Assembly: GCF_964204645.1 (NCBI RefSeq)
Contig: NC_134025.1
Span: 21,680,299 to 21,744,298 of the forward strand
DNA length: 64,000 nucleotides
Direction of reading: 5' to 3'
From: Tubulanus polymorphus
Taxonomy: Eukaryota; Animalia; Nemertea
The position numbers and the translations under genes are program-made. This document shows positions 35,569 to 48,500 of the stretch, piece after piece. Position 1 is the first letter of the stretch, and the number at the start of each line of letters is the position of its first letter. Under the pieces are notes generated by a model. The model saw only the letters and a program-made list of their open reading frames with translations, had not been told where the DNA came from and did not search any database.

Positions 35569-38500
35569 GATCACCAAACCGAATGTCGAAATATGCTAAA
35601 CGTTATATACGTGGTTTTTCAATCTATGTTGAGCATTGCCTCTGAAAAATAGAATGAATTTGTTTACATCTACACTTAGATTTCGGGTACGTACATATAT
35701 ATTTCCGGCAAAATTCTTATCAAAGTTATGGTTACTATGTATGCTGAAATAAACTAAATGTATGAGGATGTTATCTTACCTATGCGTTTTGCTCAATAGA
35801 TTTAAGTTCCGACAAAAAAGTTCCTAATATACATGATATAAGAAATTACTCAATTACCTCAGGTCCACACTGTGTGAGTATATAATCACGTATTATTTCT
35901 ACTCGGATTCACTCGTTTGACAAATATTTCCCGCCAATATAATGTCCTTATTTGCCAGTAGTTTATTGCTTAGCCGGGCGAGTAATGAATTACTGAAACT
36001 TCACAACAGTTCCTCTTACAGCTTATGCGTGAGCTTCTCTGTGAAAAGCTCCAATAATCCAGCTTTTACCGTACTTATGATAATTGTTAAATCGCCATTC
36101 TTTCATTTCGTTTTTAAAAAGTGTAAAACTTAAACCTGTATTTTATGCTATAAGATTTTGTTATATAACGTATACAAACGCTAGTTGATTGTATTTTGAA
36201 TCTAAAGTAATCTGGCGTTGAATTCTGTTTATGAATATTTGAAATAAATCTAATAAACAATTCACAAATAAGGGTATCATCAATATCCATTTGTACCTCG
36301 AAGGAAAACTGTTATAAAAATTCGCACAGTTTTTCATTCGAGTATTGAGTAATGAACGTAGCTGGGAAATAGGCCAATATTGAATGTTTGGAAAGAGACA
36401 TTAGTAAATAATAGATCTTTGTATGGACTACTTTTTCTCGCGTTCAATATGGTATAGGCAGATCTAATCTCTATAAGAGTTGTCGTAATGCCGATGCGTT
36501 ATTTATGTGCGATTAATTGCCTATAGTCTTGAAACAACATCTAGAAAAATTGTTTTCCGTGTGATATCACCAGATATACACACAAATAATGTAATACTGG
36601 GCTTATTTTATAGACAGGTAACCTACTTGTTTTAAGTTTCGAAAAAAATATGAAATTTCTGATTTCATTATCATGTTGGACAGTCCACCCCTATTATCAT
36701 TATAACAGAATTTCAATATCTTTCAATGAAATAGATTAAGAAGTATTGAAGCGTAAAACCCATCTAACATTGCATGCTTACCTGTATATTTCACTCCTAT
36801 TCCCCTGACGATTGTATTCTTGTTCTTACCCCAAGTATTCGAGAAGTTTTAAATGATAAATGTATTTTACGGTGGTTCAGTGAACGAACTTATTGTAAAC
36901 AGTACTGCGAGTTGCGTGGTGACGGCTCCACGGTGCGTGACTCCGACGCTGACCCGGTCTGTATAAGCCTACTAGAAACTGAGGATCGTTAACATACTAC
37001 CTGGACTAAGGAACGTTCACATACCACTTGGGTTAAGGAATTAAACGCCTCTCTTAATCTCAAAGCGTCACGGATTAGTCGTTAATCTCCTGAAGGCTAT
37101 TACGCGAATGGACAAATCAGTTTCTGTTCGATTATAGTCTATTCAAAAATTCAAGCCTTTCTCATTCATGTGCATATCAATTTCACGTTGTCTTTATGTC
37201 TCTCTAAAACCAACCTATTAGCGGCTATTCTTTCAAATGACGTGTATTGGAACCGAAAAACCACTCTACCGCCAGTTGAAGAATTTTGAATCTCAAATGT
37301 TTTTGTGACTACAGTCTTGTAAATCATAAGATCGCAAATAAGTTCAATCTACCTAATGATAGATGCCGTGGTCTAATCAATATTTTGATAATTATTCGCC
37401 ATTTATTACATAACTGATTTCTCTTTCGGATAAGTGATGAGTATGTGACTGTGTGATTGTAGCACTGTGTTGAGGTGACCCTCTTCACAAGCATTTGGCT
37501 TCTCGGGCACTTTCATTGATATTATAACTTCTATGACATATTTATATATCTATTTGATTATGTATCTATAAAACTGAGTGTTATAATTTCAATGTAGATA
37601 AAGATAATTATTATCATTTTCATTCTTTATGACAATTCTATGAAAAAGCCAATTTAGTCGTCTAGTTAGATTAGTTCAGTTTGATTTATTTCAGTTTCAG
37701 TCCTTAAGCTTATTCCTCTAATACTGTTCGCTGACAAGAAAATATCCGAGGAGTTTTGCGGGGAACGGCGTCGGTTTAGAGGCGCTGGCGAGATTTGTGC
37801 GTCGATTCATTTGTCGTCGCAAAACAACGATTTGTATGCGTCTTTCGTATCATATCCATGATTCAAAATATCTGCAGTTGGCCGCCGAGATGAATACTCT
37901 CATTACAGGTGAACCTGTGCGGAATAAAGCACTGTTTTCTTCGACACGGTTTAACTAATGAACTACGAGAATCCTACACCGCCTGCGACGTGACCCCCCG
38001 TCCGAGGACGGCTTCGTTTAGAATCGGCGCGACGGTCGTTAAATCTCGGAGTTCAGACGTATTTATTACTCACGCGCGGTTTAATGAATGTAACCCGCGA
38101 CATTTTTGCGCCCATTCATTTACAGTGGCGAATCAGGCTTTGATTATCGTGTAAGAAAGATGAGATCGACGAAACGAAACAACGAACATCCGATGACTAA
38201 AAGTGCCGTAAAAGGATTGGTTAAATTCGTAACACTCAAGCGAAAATTTGAAGATGAAATCTGACCTATCAATTTTCATTTGTTTCTTCCGTCTTCTGAT
38301 ATATTTCATATTCTTCTTTTTGACACGTAATCCTTGTTTTCTTTTCCTCCTATTTATTGTAGAAAGTCAATAATGTCGTCCACCGTGCAATAAAGATATA
38401 ATTGAATTGAATTTTCGTTGCTCAAACATTATACAGTTGATTTGATCCTGGCAACATTCCGTTTGTACTTGGACTATTTCAATGTATCCAAATTATCGAT

Positions 38501-39306
38501 AAAAAGATATGTGATGCTATAAGATAGCTTTCCGTAAAATAATGACTTTATTTCTAAATGAGAGATACACTCAATCGTATTCTACCGAGCGCGCCTTGTG
38601 GCTTGAAGTTAGTTCTCAAAGCGGCAGACGGATGCGAAGATCATCCGTCTTTATTTTACCGCTCGGCTGTTCGGAAGATCTTGATACGGGCTAATGATCT
38701 CTTAGCGTAGTTTTATGCCGGAGTTTCATGTCGAGTATACAAGGCATTTTAAGTCGTCCTCAATGGCGATTTAATTGGCAGAGATTGAGTCGGTTGGGAT
38801 AAATCGAGAGGTCCTCGACGATGAAGGGTAACTAGATTACGTACTATTGTACTACGCGCCTGCCTCCACTAGCATGTTGCAGTTCATCGAGCAATGTAAT
38901 TATCAGTTATTGTTCTGCCGCTATGTGACATCCATGACGACGATTTAAAGAGAGAGCAGAGAGGACCCGATACCGAAAGTGTTTATACTTATAGCGTGAC
39001 TGAAAATCAAACTCTTTTGTTCGCTTAAGTGTTATCTGTGAGGGGAACCATCCCTAACGGACTGCTCACGTTGAATCGCCTAATTATACTGCACTCTCCG
39101 TGGCCGTTAGACCGAGCGTTAAACCAAAAACTTCAAATCGATCAAAGATTTTCCAGGGCCCAATTTTCCAGTCACGAGTAGATTTTTCATTGTAGAGTTA
39201 TATAAGTGAATATCGACTAAATTTGTTGGAGTGCGATGAGTTACTGATGTGCTTCTATGTATATGGAAATGAATTGATGAATTAACCAGTTATTAGTCTA
39301 CAAATG

Positions 39307-39501
39307 GATACCTTGTTTCTCCTTTCTTCTGCTGAGCTTATAAGTTGCCCGATTGGCCGCCTTTATCTACCCTGTACACTACTTTTTTTTCAATCATGAT
39401 CTAGCTAACCATAACATACCCGGTAGCTATAGAAATGAACTGATTGCGAATTTTATAGTGGTTTACGAAATGACCCGGCCGATTAGGAGAAACAAGGTAT
39501 C
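39307..39501. mobile_element. MITE family B copy 3
   Basis: Perfect TIR GATACCTTGTTTCTCCT / AGGAGAAACAAGGTATC; internal sequence shared with 6724-6894. Confidence 0.75.
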
Positions 39502-39825
39502 ATTTTTCAAGGCTAAGATAATTTTCGATTCACATCTCTACAAAAAGGTTTTCTAACTTCAAATCTGAAAGTCGATACGAGAAGTTGATATACGTAGGGT
39601 TGATAGAATTGGTACCGGGTTCCTTTCGCACAATAGAAATATGAATCGTAACCGTCCTTTAAAAGATTTCCTGTTTTTTCTGGCAATATTTTCAACGTTT
39701 AAATTCCGCTTGAACGCACCATTTGAACGCATCCCCATTGGGATCAATAGAGTGGCCTATGTTCCATCCTATGTTCGCCATCCCTGTCAAAATAGAACGA
39801 TAAACCACACTCAACCGTGGTGAAC

Positions 39826-40018
39826 GGATAATAAGATAAAATCCCACTATTTACAGATTAAAATAATTTAAAAACCAGAATTTATTTATTCACACCTGAC
39901 GATGATCTCTAGGGTGAGATCGAAACGTCGTGTCTTTTATATATTTTAGATTGAATAAATAAATTCTGGTTTTTAAATTCTTTTAATCTGTAAATAGTGG
40001 GATTTTATCTTCTTATCC
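39826..40018. mobile_element. Foldback element (~67 bp arms) enclosing the hammerhead motif; probable Penelope-like element remnant
   Basis: GGATAATAAGATAAAATCCCACTATTTACAGATTAAAA...CCAGAATTTATTTATTCA (39826-39892) pairs with its near-perfect reverse complement at 39952-40018. Confidence 0.7.
39892..39933 (+). ncRNA. Minimal type I hammerhead ribozyme motif (Penelope/retrozyme-like)
   Basis: ACAC-CUGACGA-U-GAUCUC(UAGGGU)GAGAUC-GAAA-CGUC-GUGU: conserved core CUGANGA/GAAA/UH, perfect 6 bp stem II, 4 bp stem I (ACAC/GUGU), palindromic ACGU in place of stem III. Confidence 0.75.
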
Positions 40019-42259
40019 CTGTCAGATTTCGTCGTCCGGAAATTATGAAATCAGACGCACACACACTCACAGTATGAAGCATCAATTTCTTCCGATATAT
40101 GGTCTAATAACGGTATAGAATGTCGCTATCATCCAACAACGCGATCTCGTGAATCATCGTCATCAACGGTAAAAAGATGCCGCCGCGCGACACGGACACA
40201 AAAACCACGTCGTCTTCAATCGAAAGGTAATTTTCTCTAGTCTTGCACTTGTTTTGTTCGTGTGCCGCTTGCAATAGCACACGTCAAAAGGAACTGGAGA
40301 TTGACTTTTTAATAGAATCCTAACTCGATTACGAAAACATGTCGGCAAATGTATTAGCCTTTAAAGCGCCTCTATGCAAATGAGCGGGGCGACCACGCAC
40401 ATTATATGCGTTCAAGTATTTACACTTATTACCCGGTAATCTAATTAGTTCTGGAGAGTAGAACCCGTCGCAATGCATTTTAAGCACTCGAGTGAAATTG
40501 CACGATAAACGGCTTAGCCCTCGTTCCTCGTGTACAGCTTCGCCAATGCGATGTCGTTGGTGGTTTAAAACATGTTGGTTTTTTCTTGTATAGTTCGTTG
40601 CACGACGGCAAATTGCTTGGTTACCTGGTAGCAACGATCACGATGCTAATGGAAATTGGTTGCGTTATATCGAGGAGTACAGAGGCGATGCACGGCGACT
40701 ATGATAAAAACTAAAACTAATTATTTTACGGAAAGGAAAATATGCCGCGCGCGCACAACGCCAGACATGGTGATAAAGCCGAACGCGCACCGAAGTTAAT
40801 CTACTCAACTAGCTAAATAAGTAATCACTCCATTCAGAAAATCTAATGTAATGAAATATCTTATTTAATAAAGATCTATTTGATAAGTGTTTTGATAAAG
40901 AGTCAGCGTCGTTTGAGAGAATATTGCTTTAGATTGTAGATTGCAAGTATTTGGAAAACGTGCATTGGAGTTCTGGTGTCGGAAATTGCCCGTCCTCGCT
41001 GGCCAGGGTTACGCCAACACAAACCCTGGCCGCGAACCCTTCGCTATACATTGCCCGAGATTTCTTGGACGGACAGGTTCGCGCTCAGCGCCCACCAGTC
41101 TATATATCTAACCAATCAGCTACACTCCGGCGGGAGACAATCAAACCTTGGAAAGCGAGGATGGAAATAGCCATGCGCACTGGATTCCACCATCTGCAAT
41201 TCCAGATAAAAGAAAGAAAAATGACGCAAGTTCATTTATGGTCTCCCCTCCTAGTGAAAAGCACTTTCTCGGCGGTTGACTCAAGTAGCCTAATATCATA
41301 GTATACTAAAAAATCATAGCAAAGGAAAATGAATAAATCCGGCAATACATTATATAGACATCAATTTATTCACCTACGACACATATGTACATTGAATTCA
41401 TCGTTATATTACTCTCATCAATTTTTGCTACTGACATTAATTTCTTCGCTCGATCACCAATAAAATTACACGTTTTATGTACAAATTAACGAAAATAAAA
41501 CAACAAAAATAATTTCGTTTATATTCAAATTGAATTGAATTATAAGTAAATCTAAATCTAAATACGTGTATGGACTTTTTGAAGTCTCTCGATACAGCAG
41601 GTTTTATTTGGTGTGTGAATGAATTAGTAAATGACGATTTCTAGGCACAATTTAACAAATAGAATAAATGAAAAAAAAATTTCCATTGACGGCTATGGGT
41701 ACCGAAAAAATCATCGACATTTTTGATCGTATTTCACAATGAAAACCTTCCAGCAAAGGCTTTTCCTTTTAGTAATTTTACTGGAATGCTGACAAGTTAG
41801 TCCGCAATAAACACCCTTGAATATTAACGATATTACACCCCGTGCACGTCGAATTCTCGGAATTCATTAAACGTGTTTTTGATTCAATGACTAGATTAAC
41901 ATTCCGTACGGCCGTGCGTTTACCTGCACGGGATTCTAAAAACTAAGATTTCAATTTCTTTCCAGGCCTCAACATTTAGATCCCTGCGCCTGCGCAATGG
42001 CTCGTCTTTCGGTCTACGCCGAAAGTTACCCGTTAAGTCAATAGAAAATAATCGTAACATATTTACAAAAAAACTGAAAAACGAATCGAACCAGTTTTTA
42101 AAAACGTTATCACAACAGAAAACAATCGTGTGTTCCGTGCGTCGAGACGCAGAAATAAAAATAATTCTAAAATATCGTTTGATTGCACATGTATATCCCA
42201 ATTCATGAATTCTCTATAAAGGCACTGCATATGCAGACGACATATAATCACTTTTATAT

Positions 42260-42290
42260 TATATATATATATATATATATACATACATAT
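42260..42290. repeat. (TA)n microsatellite in the Prop 3' UTR region
   Basis: TATATATATATATATATATATACATACATAT. Confidence 0.8.
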
Positions 42291-42589
42291 ATTCAGTGCC
42301 GTTTTAACGTTGTTATTTTACGCGTATTTTGCCTTTACGTTTAAAATATGTATATACCCGATTCATGGAAAACCAGACCTAGTATTAATCTCAAGATTTG
42401 ACGAGCATTGTTTCCGTTTCGTGGCAACTGCCTCAATGTCTTCATTGGAATATGAATCTATAGACATTTAAATATCTCTATTGTAGTAAAAATGATCCTG
42501 TGTCAGCCTCTAATATCGCCCTCCATCGAAAACACAACCGTAACGCCGCGTTGTCGTGTACAAAGCAGTTCTACAAAAAACGTTCTATT

Positions 42590-45500
42590 CTAAGTTTGAT
42601 ACTGGAGTACTGGATTCGACAACGATGGATGTGTGTTGTTCATCCTGAGAGCCGTCAAACTTTTGTTGTACCAATCGTCCTCACCGTGGTCCTGCAAAAA
42701 AAAAACAATTATTGTTTTGGTCCCAAAGAAGAGAAATGTAGTTTTACCAACAAATACGTAGGTACATGACATTGCCATATGCTATTGAATTTGTTAGTTT
42801 TGAATGTTGGAATTCTTGGATGCAACATGATTCCATATAGCCAGATCATATATTATCTTTGATTTCGCTGCAGATACAGTGGAACCTCTTTACAATGAAC
42901 TTTAGGGGACCAGAAAATCTGTTCTTTCTAACCATGGCCTCTAAGACAAAGAATCGTTTTAGAGCCCATGTTCTAACCGATAGTTCGCTATATCGCTGTA
43001 TGAAATCATTAAAATTGTCTTATTTGGGGTGAAATTCTTGATTTATGATAACCGATAAATCTTCATATCCTAGGTCATTATAACTGGGTCCCACTGTATT
43101 TCTACAATTTTATCTGATACAACATTTTTAAAAGAATTTGTATCTTTCGATTTAGGACTGTCTGCATTTAATGACCCTAGTTAACGCTTAGGGGATTTTG
43201 ATATAAGACGTTATCGCATATCTGTATCCTATTGATTTACCATTTGCGTCATAGATAGTTCTGTCGCCTTGTCGCCGTGGAATCCGACCAAATAGTTGTC
43301 AGTAGGCATAGAAATTTGCTGCATCTGTCTCGACATTCCGTGCATATTGGTGCCGCCCATCGTTCCCATTCCCGAAAATTGCGCGACCGGTGGGTACGCC
43401 TGAGTCATTTGAGGGTATCGTCCCATGCCGGCCATATTGTTCATGTTGTTGGCAGTGTGATACGGGTACGCGGCTCTCGTAGTCGTCGGGTAAATGTTTC
43501 TCATCATGCCATTACAGGTGGGTATCACCGGCGATAGTGACTTCGCCAACTGTTTTTCCTGTTTGCGATATTTCGCTCGACGATTTTGAAACCATACCTG
43601 AAACGAAGCGAAAGAACGGCGTTAAATCGAAGTACCGCAATCAAATTCGTACATTTTTCACCAATGATAAAAACTATATCCGTGTTGTGACGAGAGAATT
43701 CCACGTTGATAACGAATGACAAAGTCCGAAAATGTTTTCTAAAAGACATTTTCGGGCTTTGTCTTTCGTTGTCATTCTCTCTATTCTCTCTATATCATGC
43801 ATTTTTAATTTTCGATATCATTAAACTGCTTGGTGGACGACTATGGACTTAAACTGTCCGTCATTTTCTTTTTTTGAGAGAGAGCCCGCGATTGAAGATG
43901 TAGAGTAACGTTTTTGAGGGGCTTAAACGTATACAAATCTCCCCCGCATTAGAAATTTAAGCTCTACGCGTTTAAACAATTAAACAATTAGACAGCTTTA
44001 ATGGCACGGGGAAATCCGATACGCAATTTCACGGCGAATAAAGCTTTACAACTCGACGACACTTTGCGAGAAGTATATCAAATTTTCCGACCGAACGAAC
44101 GCGAATGAAAGTGTTTTAATTAGCCAGTTCACAGGGGACGTTCTAGTGTGCAATTACGAATGTTAATACGGCGCTTTGCCCCGCAGTATTATCACGAATG
44201 TTTATGAAATGATGATCGCCGGCACGCGCCTTATTCCCAAACGAGATTCATCCGGATCCTGTGACGTTGACCGGAAGGTATCGACGCGTCAACTAAACTT
44301 ACGTAAGGTACATACGAATAGTTTTTTCCGACTAAAAATCTATTCGTGAAAAAATACGTCAAACTGATGATCGAGAAAAATGTAAGAGAAGACTCTTACA
44401 ATGCCGATTCTTAAAAAGTCTGAGTTTGTTAAGCAAACAGAGGTATAAGACATTTTTACATGGGACTGGTTTAATCAAGGACTTGTCGCGCATACTGACT
44501 CACACCCGGAAGCGCTGTACGGCAGTGTATTGATATTCCGTAGTGTGATCCGCCCGGAAAATTCAATTACAAAATGAATACTCTTTAAGCTTCCCGCAGC
44601 AAATGTCACTTTTTGCCATTAATTAACTGCTCGGAGCAACGCGCCCCTTGTGTAATGCACAAATTGCCTGCCTTTGCCAGCGGTAAGAATTCGTCGCGTT
44701 CAGCCCGCGTTCTGACGAAAGCCCGCGGGATTTCAGCCAGCCTCAATCGTCTTTTTGATGTTCTTTTGCTCGCGTCTTTCGTGCCTTGTGCATGCAGAGA
44801 AGTATCGGCCGCGATGTTCAGGGGATTATTGAGATTACATTCTCGTTTGGTAGTCGCTGTTAACAAGATGGGCGGGCCGAGCCGGGTAATTTACGCCGCT
44901 AACGACGTGTGGATTATCTTTGATTCGGTAAAACGCGACGGATACTGCTGCGGAATGATATTAGCCAATAGAATTCGACCAACTCAATTTGCTGCTAGAT
45001 AAGAATATTTCATTCAGCATTGATGATACCTATCGACAAATCCGAATAAAGAATACGAATAAGACTGAATCGTTATCTTACGTATATGCCATTAACGTAA
45101 TAAACTACAGTTTATACGTCCATCGCGTATGCTCACATGCGCCTGTTTCAAAATGCCATATAAACGTATGTAGTATCATCGGTATACGCTTCCAATTCGT
45201 AAGAGAGCAAAATGTTACGAAATATAGAAAGCGCGTGAGCGCGAAATCTGGAACTTATCTAACCTGATCAGTCGAGCCATTTTTGAGACAGTCATTCGTA
45301 TTCAAAACTCATAAACTCTATGCAGGTTATGGGTGCCATCAAAAATTCATAAAGACTAGTCTTTGTGAATTTGTTGGTGCCATGTGAAGTGAAATCGAAG
45401 GTGCTTGAAAAGTATATGAAATGAAATGAAATGAAATATTCAAAAGAATGTGTCCGTGGCCTAGACGACCTAGTAGACGAGTCCTGGAAATATTTTTTTT

Positions 45501-48500
45501 TGAAACGCCGTGCCTTGTTGACTCTTATAATTTTCAATCATTTCTTCATCCCATCGATATGCTGGGTAAGCTATATGGCATATGTACGTCAGAAAAGCTT
45601 CATTACAACTGGCGAGATTTTATGTCCACCAGCAGATTTTTTAAATGTATTCTAACTAACATAAAACGCTGAATGCATTCTCAATGAAATGAGAGTTGAT
45701 TCAATAGTCAGTCAGAGAGAAAGACAGATTTGTAAGACTCAAAGTTGATGGCTTTCTATGACTCGAAACGTGAAAACCTTTGAGACTTATGACTGCAGTT
45801 CTTCGTCGAACTTCGTCACTTGCGTTGATATAGTGCATGCAGACATTATGCGGCATCACAAACTGGAAATGCCATCATTCCGGCGTGGCCCCGCCAACCC
45901 GTCCATTAACCGTGAATCTGTCACTCTCTTGAGAACGAAGACACGCAATCGTCCATCTACCATGTTCGGCTTCAGTCTGTAATTGAATTATTCAACCAAT
46001 TGCCGACTGTTCGTCACTCGCTACATCACTTCAATTACCCAGCATTGTAAGTAGCGGGATTAAAAGCGATAATGATGACACGACAACACCTGGGCGCATA
46101 CGGATCAATGTAGAAACTTTTGCCATGTGTGTTTACATACCCCATCCCACCAGAATTAAAGATAGCAGATTTTGTAATTGTTTCATCCCCGAATTCTATT
46201 TTTTCTCAAAACGAAAAATGTCAATAAAGGAAATTCGTTGTTGTTACAGAATGATTCTAACAATCTTAATCTTTTCTCTTGAATGTGAATACGGCACTGA
46301 ATAACTCCCATTTTCCTCCTAAAAGAAAATGTCCGTATTACAATTGCACGTAAAATCAATAAATCGGTGATATTTCAGAATGAGCTTGACCTTGCTCGAA
46401 TTCAATGATTCTCTGCCACCAGACAAAGATGGTTCTTTAGTTTGTCGACTATGCTTACAAAAGCAACTCGTTCAGAATGATCCTTGAACGGTCTGATACA
46501 GATACAACTCATTTTCCAATCAATTCTTAATCGTTTTATAGCGCAATACCCTGTAATTTATTGTCACAATTTATCTTTTATAACTGTACGTTGATATCCG
46601 GGACGGGTCCAGGAATTGTGAATAGGGGGAGGCAAGAAATCCGAGGGCTTGTTGCATACACATACGTAATAGGTATGTACGTGAGCGCTGTAGATGCAAA
46701 GTCTTTACAAGGGGTTTTGGGCCCCCAAGATAACTTTGAAAATATTGATCATTGTCTAGAGCGATTCAAGAACTAAATGTTAATAATTGGTAAATGGTAA
46801 ATTCTTAAATTGTAAAACTGGCAATAATTTGCCAATGTATACTTTTCAAACTTCCTAAGCGAAGTTGTGAAAATTTCATCTTGACAAAAAGTATGGGGCT
46901 GGATCCACCCTTGAATATTATGTAAACGATTTCGGAAATAGATCAGTCAGAAGAAAAACTGAAAAGACAACGCCAGTGCGTGTACGGAATCGCCCGTCAA
47001 TATGGCTTTACGCTGGTATCATCTACTTGAGGAAATTTGAAAATAACATTTTCACGACGAAACTGAGGCGCGTACGGCGACCGCGTAAGGATTAATTTCA
47101 AAGGACGTTGGTCACGCCACTGGATCTCCCTAAACACGACGCACGATTCAAAACACCGGGCGTGTCACGCGTGCCGATCTGGTAACACGTGCTCGTCTTT
47201 ATTTCTCGCTAAACGCGCATTTCGCAAGCCACGTGTCCTTCACACTTTTCTATTTGAAAAAATATGACAGCCACCGCGTAACATGCGGTCGCCCAATGCA
47301 ACCACTTCCGGCAAAAAATATCCGACGAAATGACTAGAAGAATCGTTTCGTACCCCAGAGATTCTCTGTAATTTTGCGCTCACCGGTTCAGACTAAATCT
47401 TGAACGTAAGAGCATTTTTACAGCATTTTGATATAGCCAGAAACTATTTGACAGAATTGAATTCTTTCTGAATGGTCTGACAAAGCCATCATCACATCTT
47501 GCCGATTTAACTTTGCCAGGTCATGGATGGAAAGAAATAGGAAATCTTTACTTTGAAAAACTTGGTATTATTTCATTTTTCGGCAGCATAGACCTCAGAA
47601 AGTTCTGTGGTCTACTTTGAGAGGTTCCCGAGTTAAAGAGAATGTTCATAAAACCTGAATAGTCGAAAACTGGGTAGTACAGAATGTTAAATTCACACTT
47701 TTAAGAGCTTTTTAGTATCACCGTTGTTGGAATGACCTGGCAATGCCACGTTTTGTCGTATCAACATCGCCAGGTTTCTCGGATAGCAGACCGAAAATCC
47801 GTTGGGAAGAAACCGGGTAAATCTGCACTTTGAAAAGTGTCCTTTATTTCCTTGTTACGCGGCTCTTCTCGTCTGCTCTTCTGCGACTAGCTGTTCTCCC
47901 GAGGGATGACAGATTCCCCATCGAGAGTAATTGTCGCTGAAATCTTTTAAACATGTCTCGCATGCGTTCGTTAATGCTAAGACAAGAATAATTTACGCTG
48001 ACAAGTCATTTACAATAGGAGAGATGCCCAGAACCTTGAAATCCGCCCGCCCGGTGATTAGGTCGCAAAACGAAAATGGCATTAATCGGTGCATTGATAA
48101 AATATGTATACATTTTGTCCTCGGTATAGATAAAAACAACGCTCGATATATGCCAGCGAATACGGAGAATGAAGCGTATTTTGGTTGGCGGGCGAGAATT
48201 TCACTTCGGTCCGAAACCTATTCTCTATTAAGACAAAAACGCCCACATCAAACCGTAGGCATATACAAAGTAACAAAACGAGTATTAGAAATAACGGTCC
48301 CATTTTAATACCGGGTGACACCTTATCTCAAAAAACATCACGATCATGTCGACTTCTGCGAGCTACAATTTTAAAAGATAATAATCTGTTTTGTAGTTCA
48401 TCCGATTTTTACAAAGATGACATTAGAGATTTGCTTTCGCTGATTTTCACGATAATGTCATCGCCAATTAGCGGGAAGGGCGCTTGAGCGAGGCGCCGAA

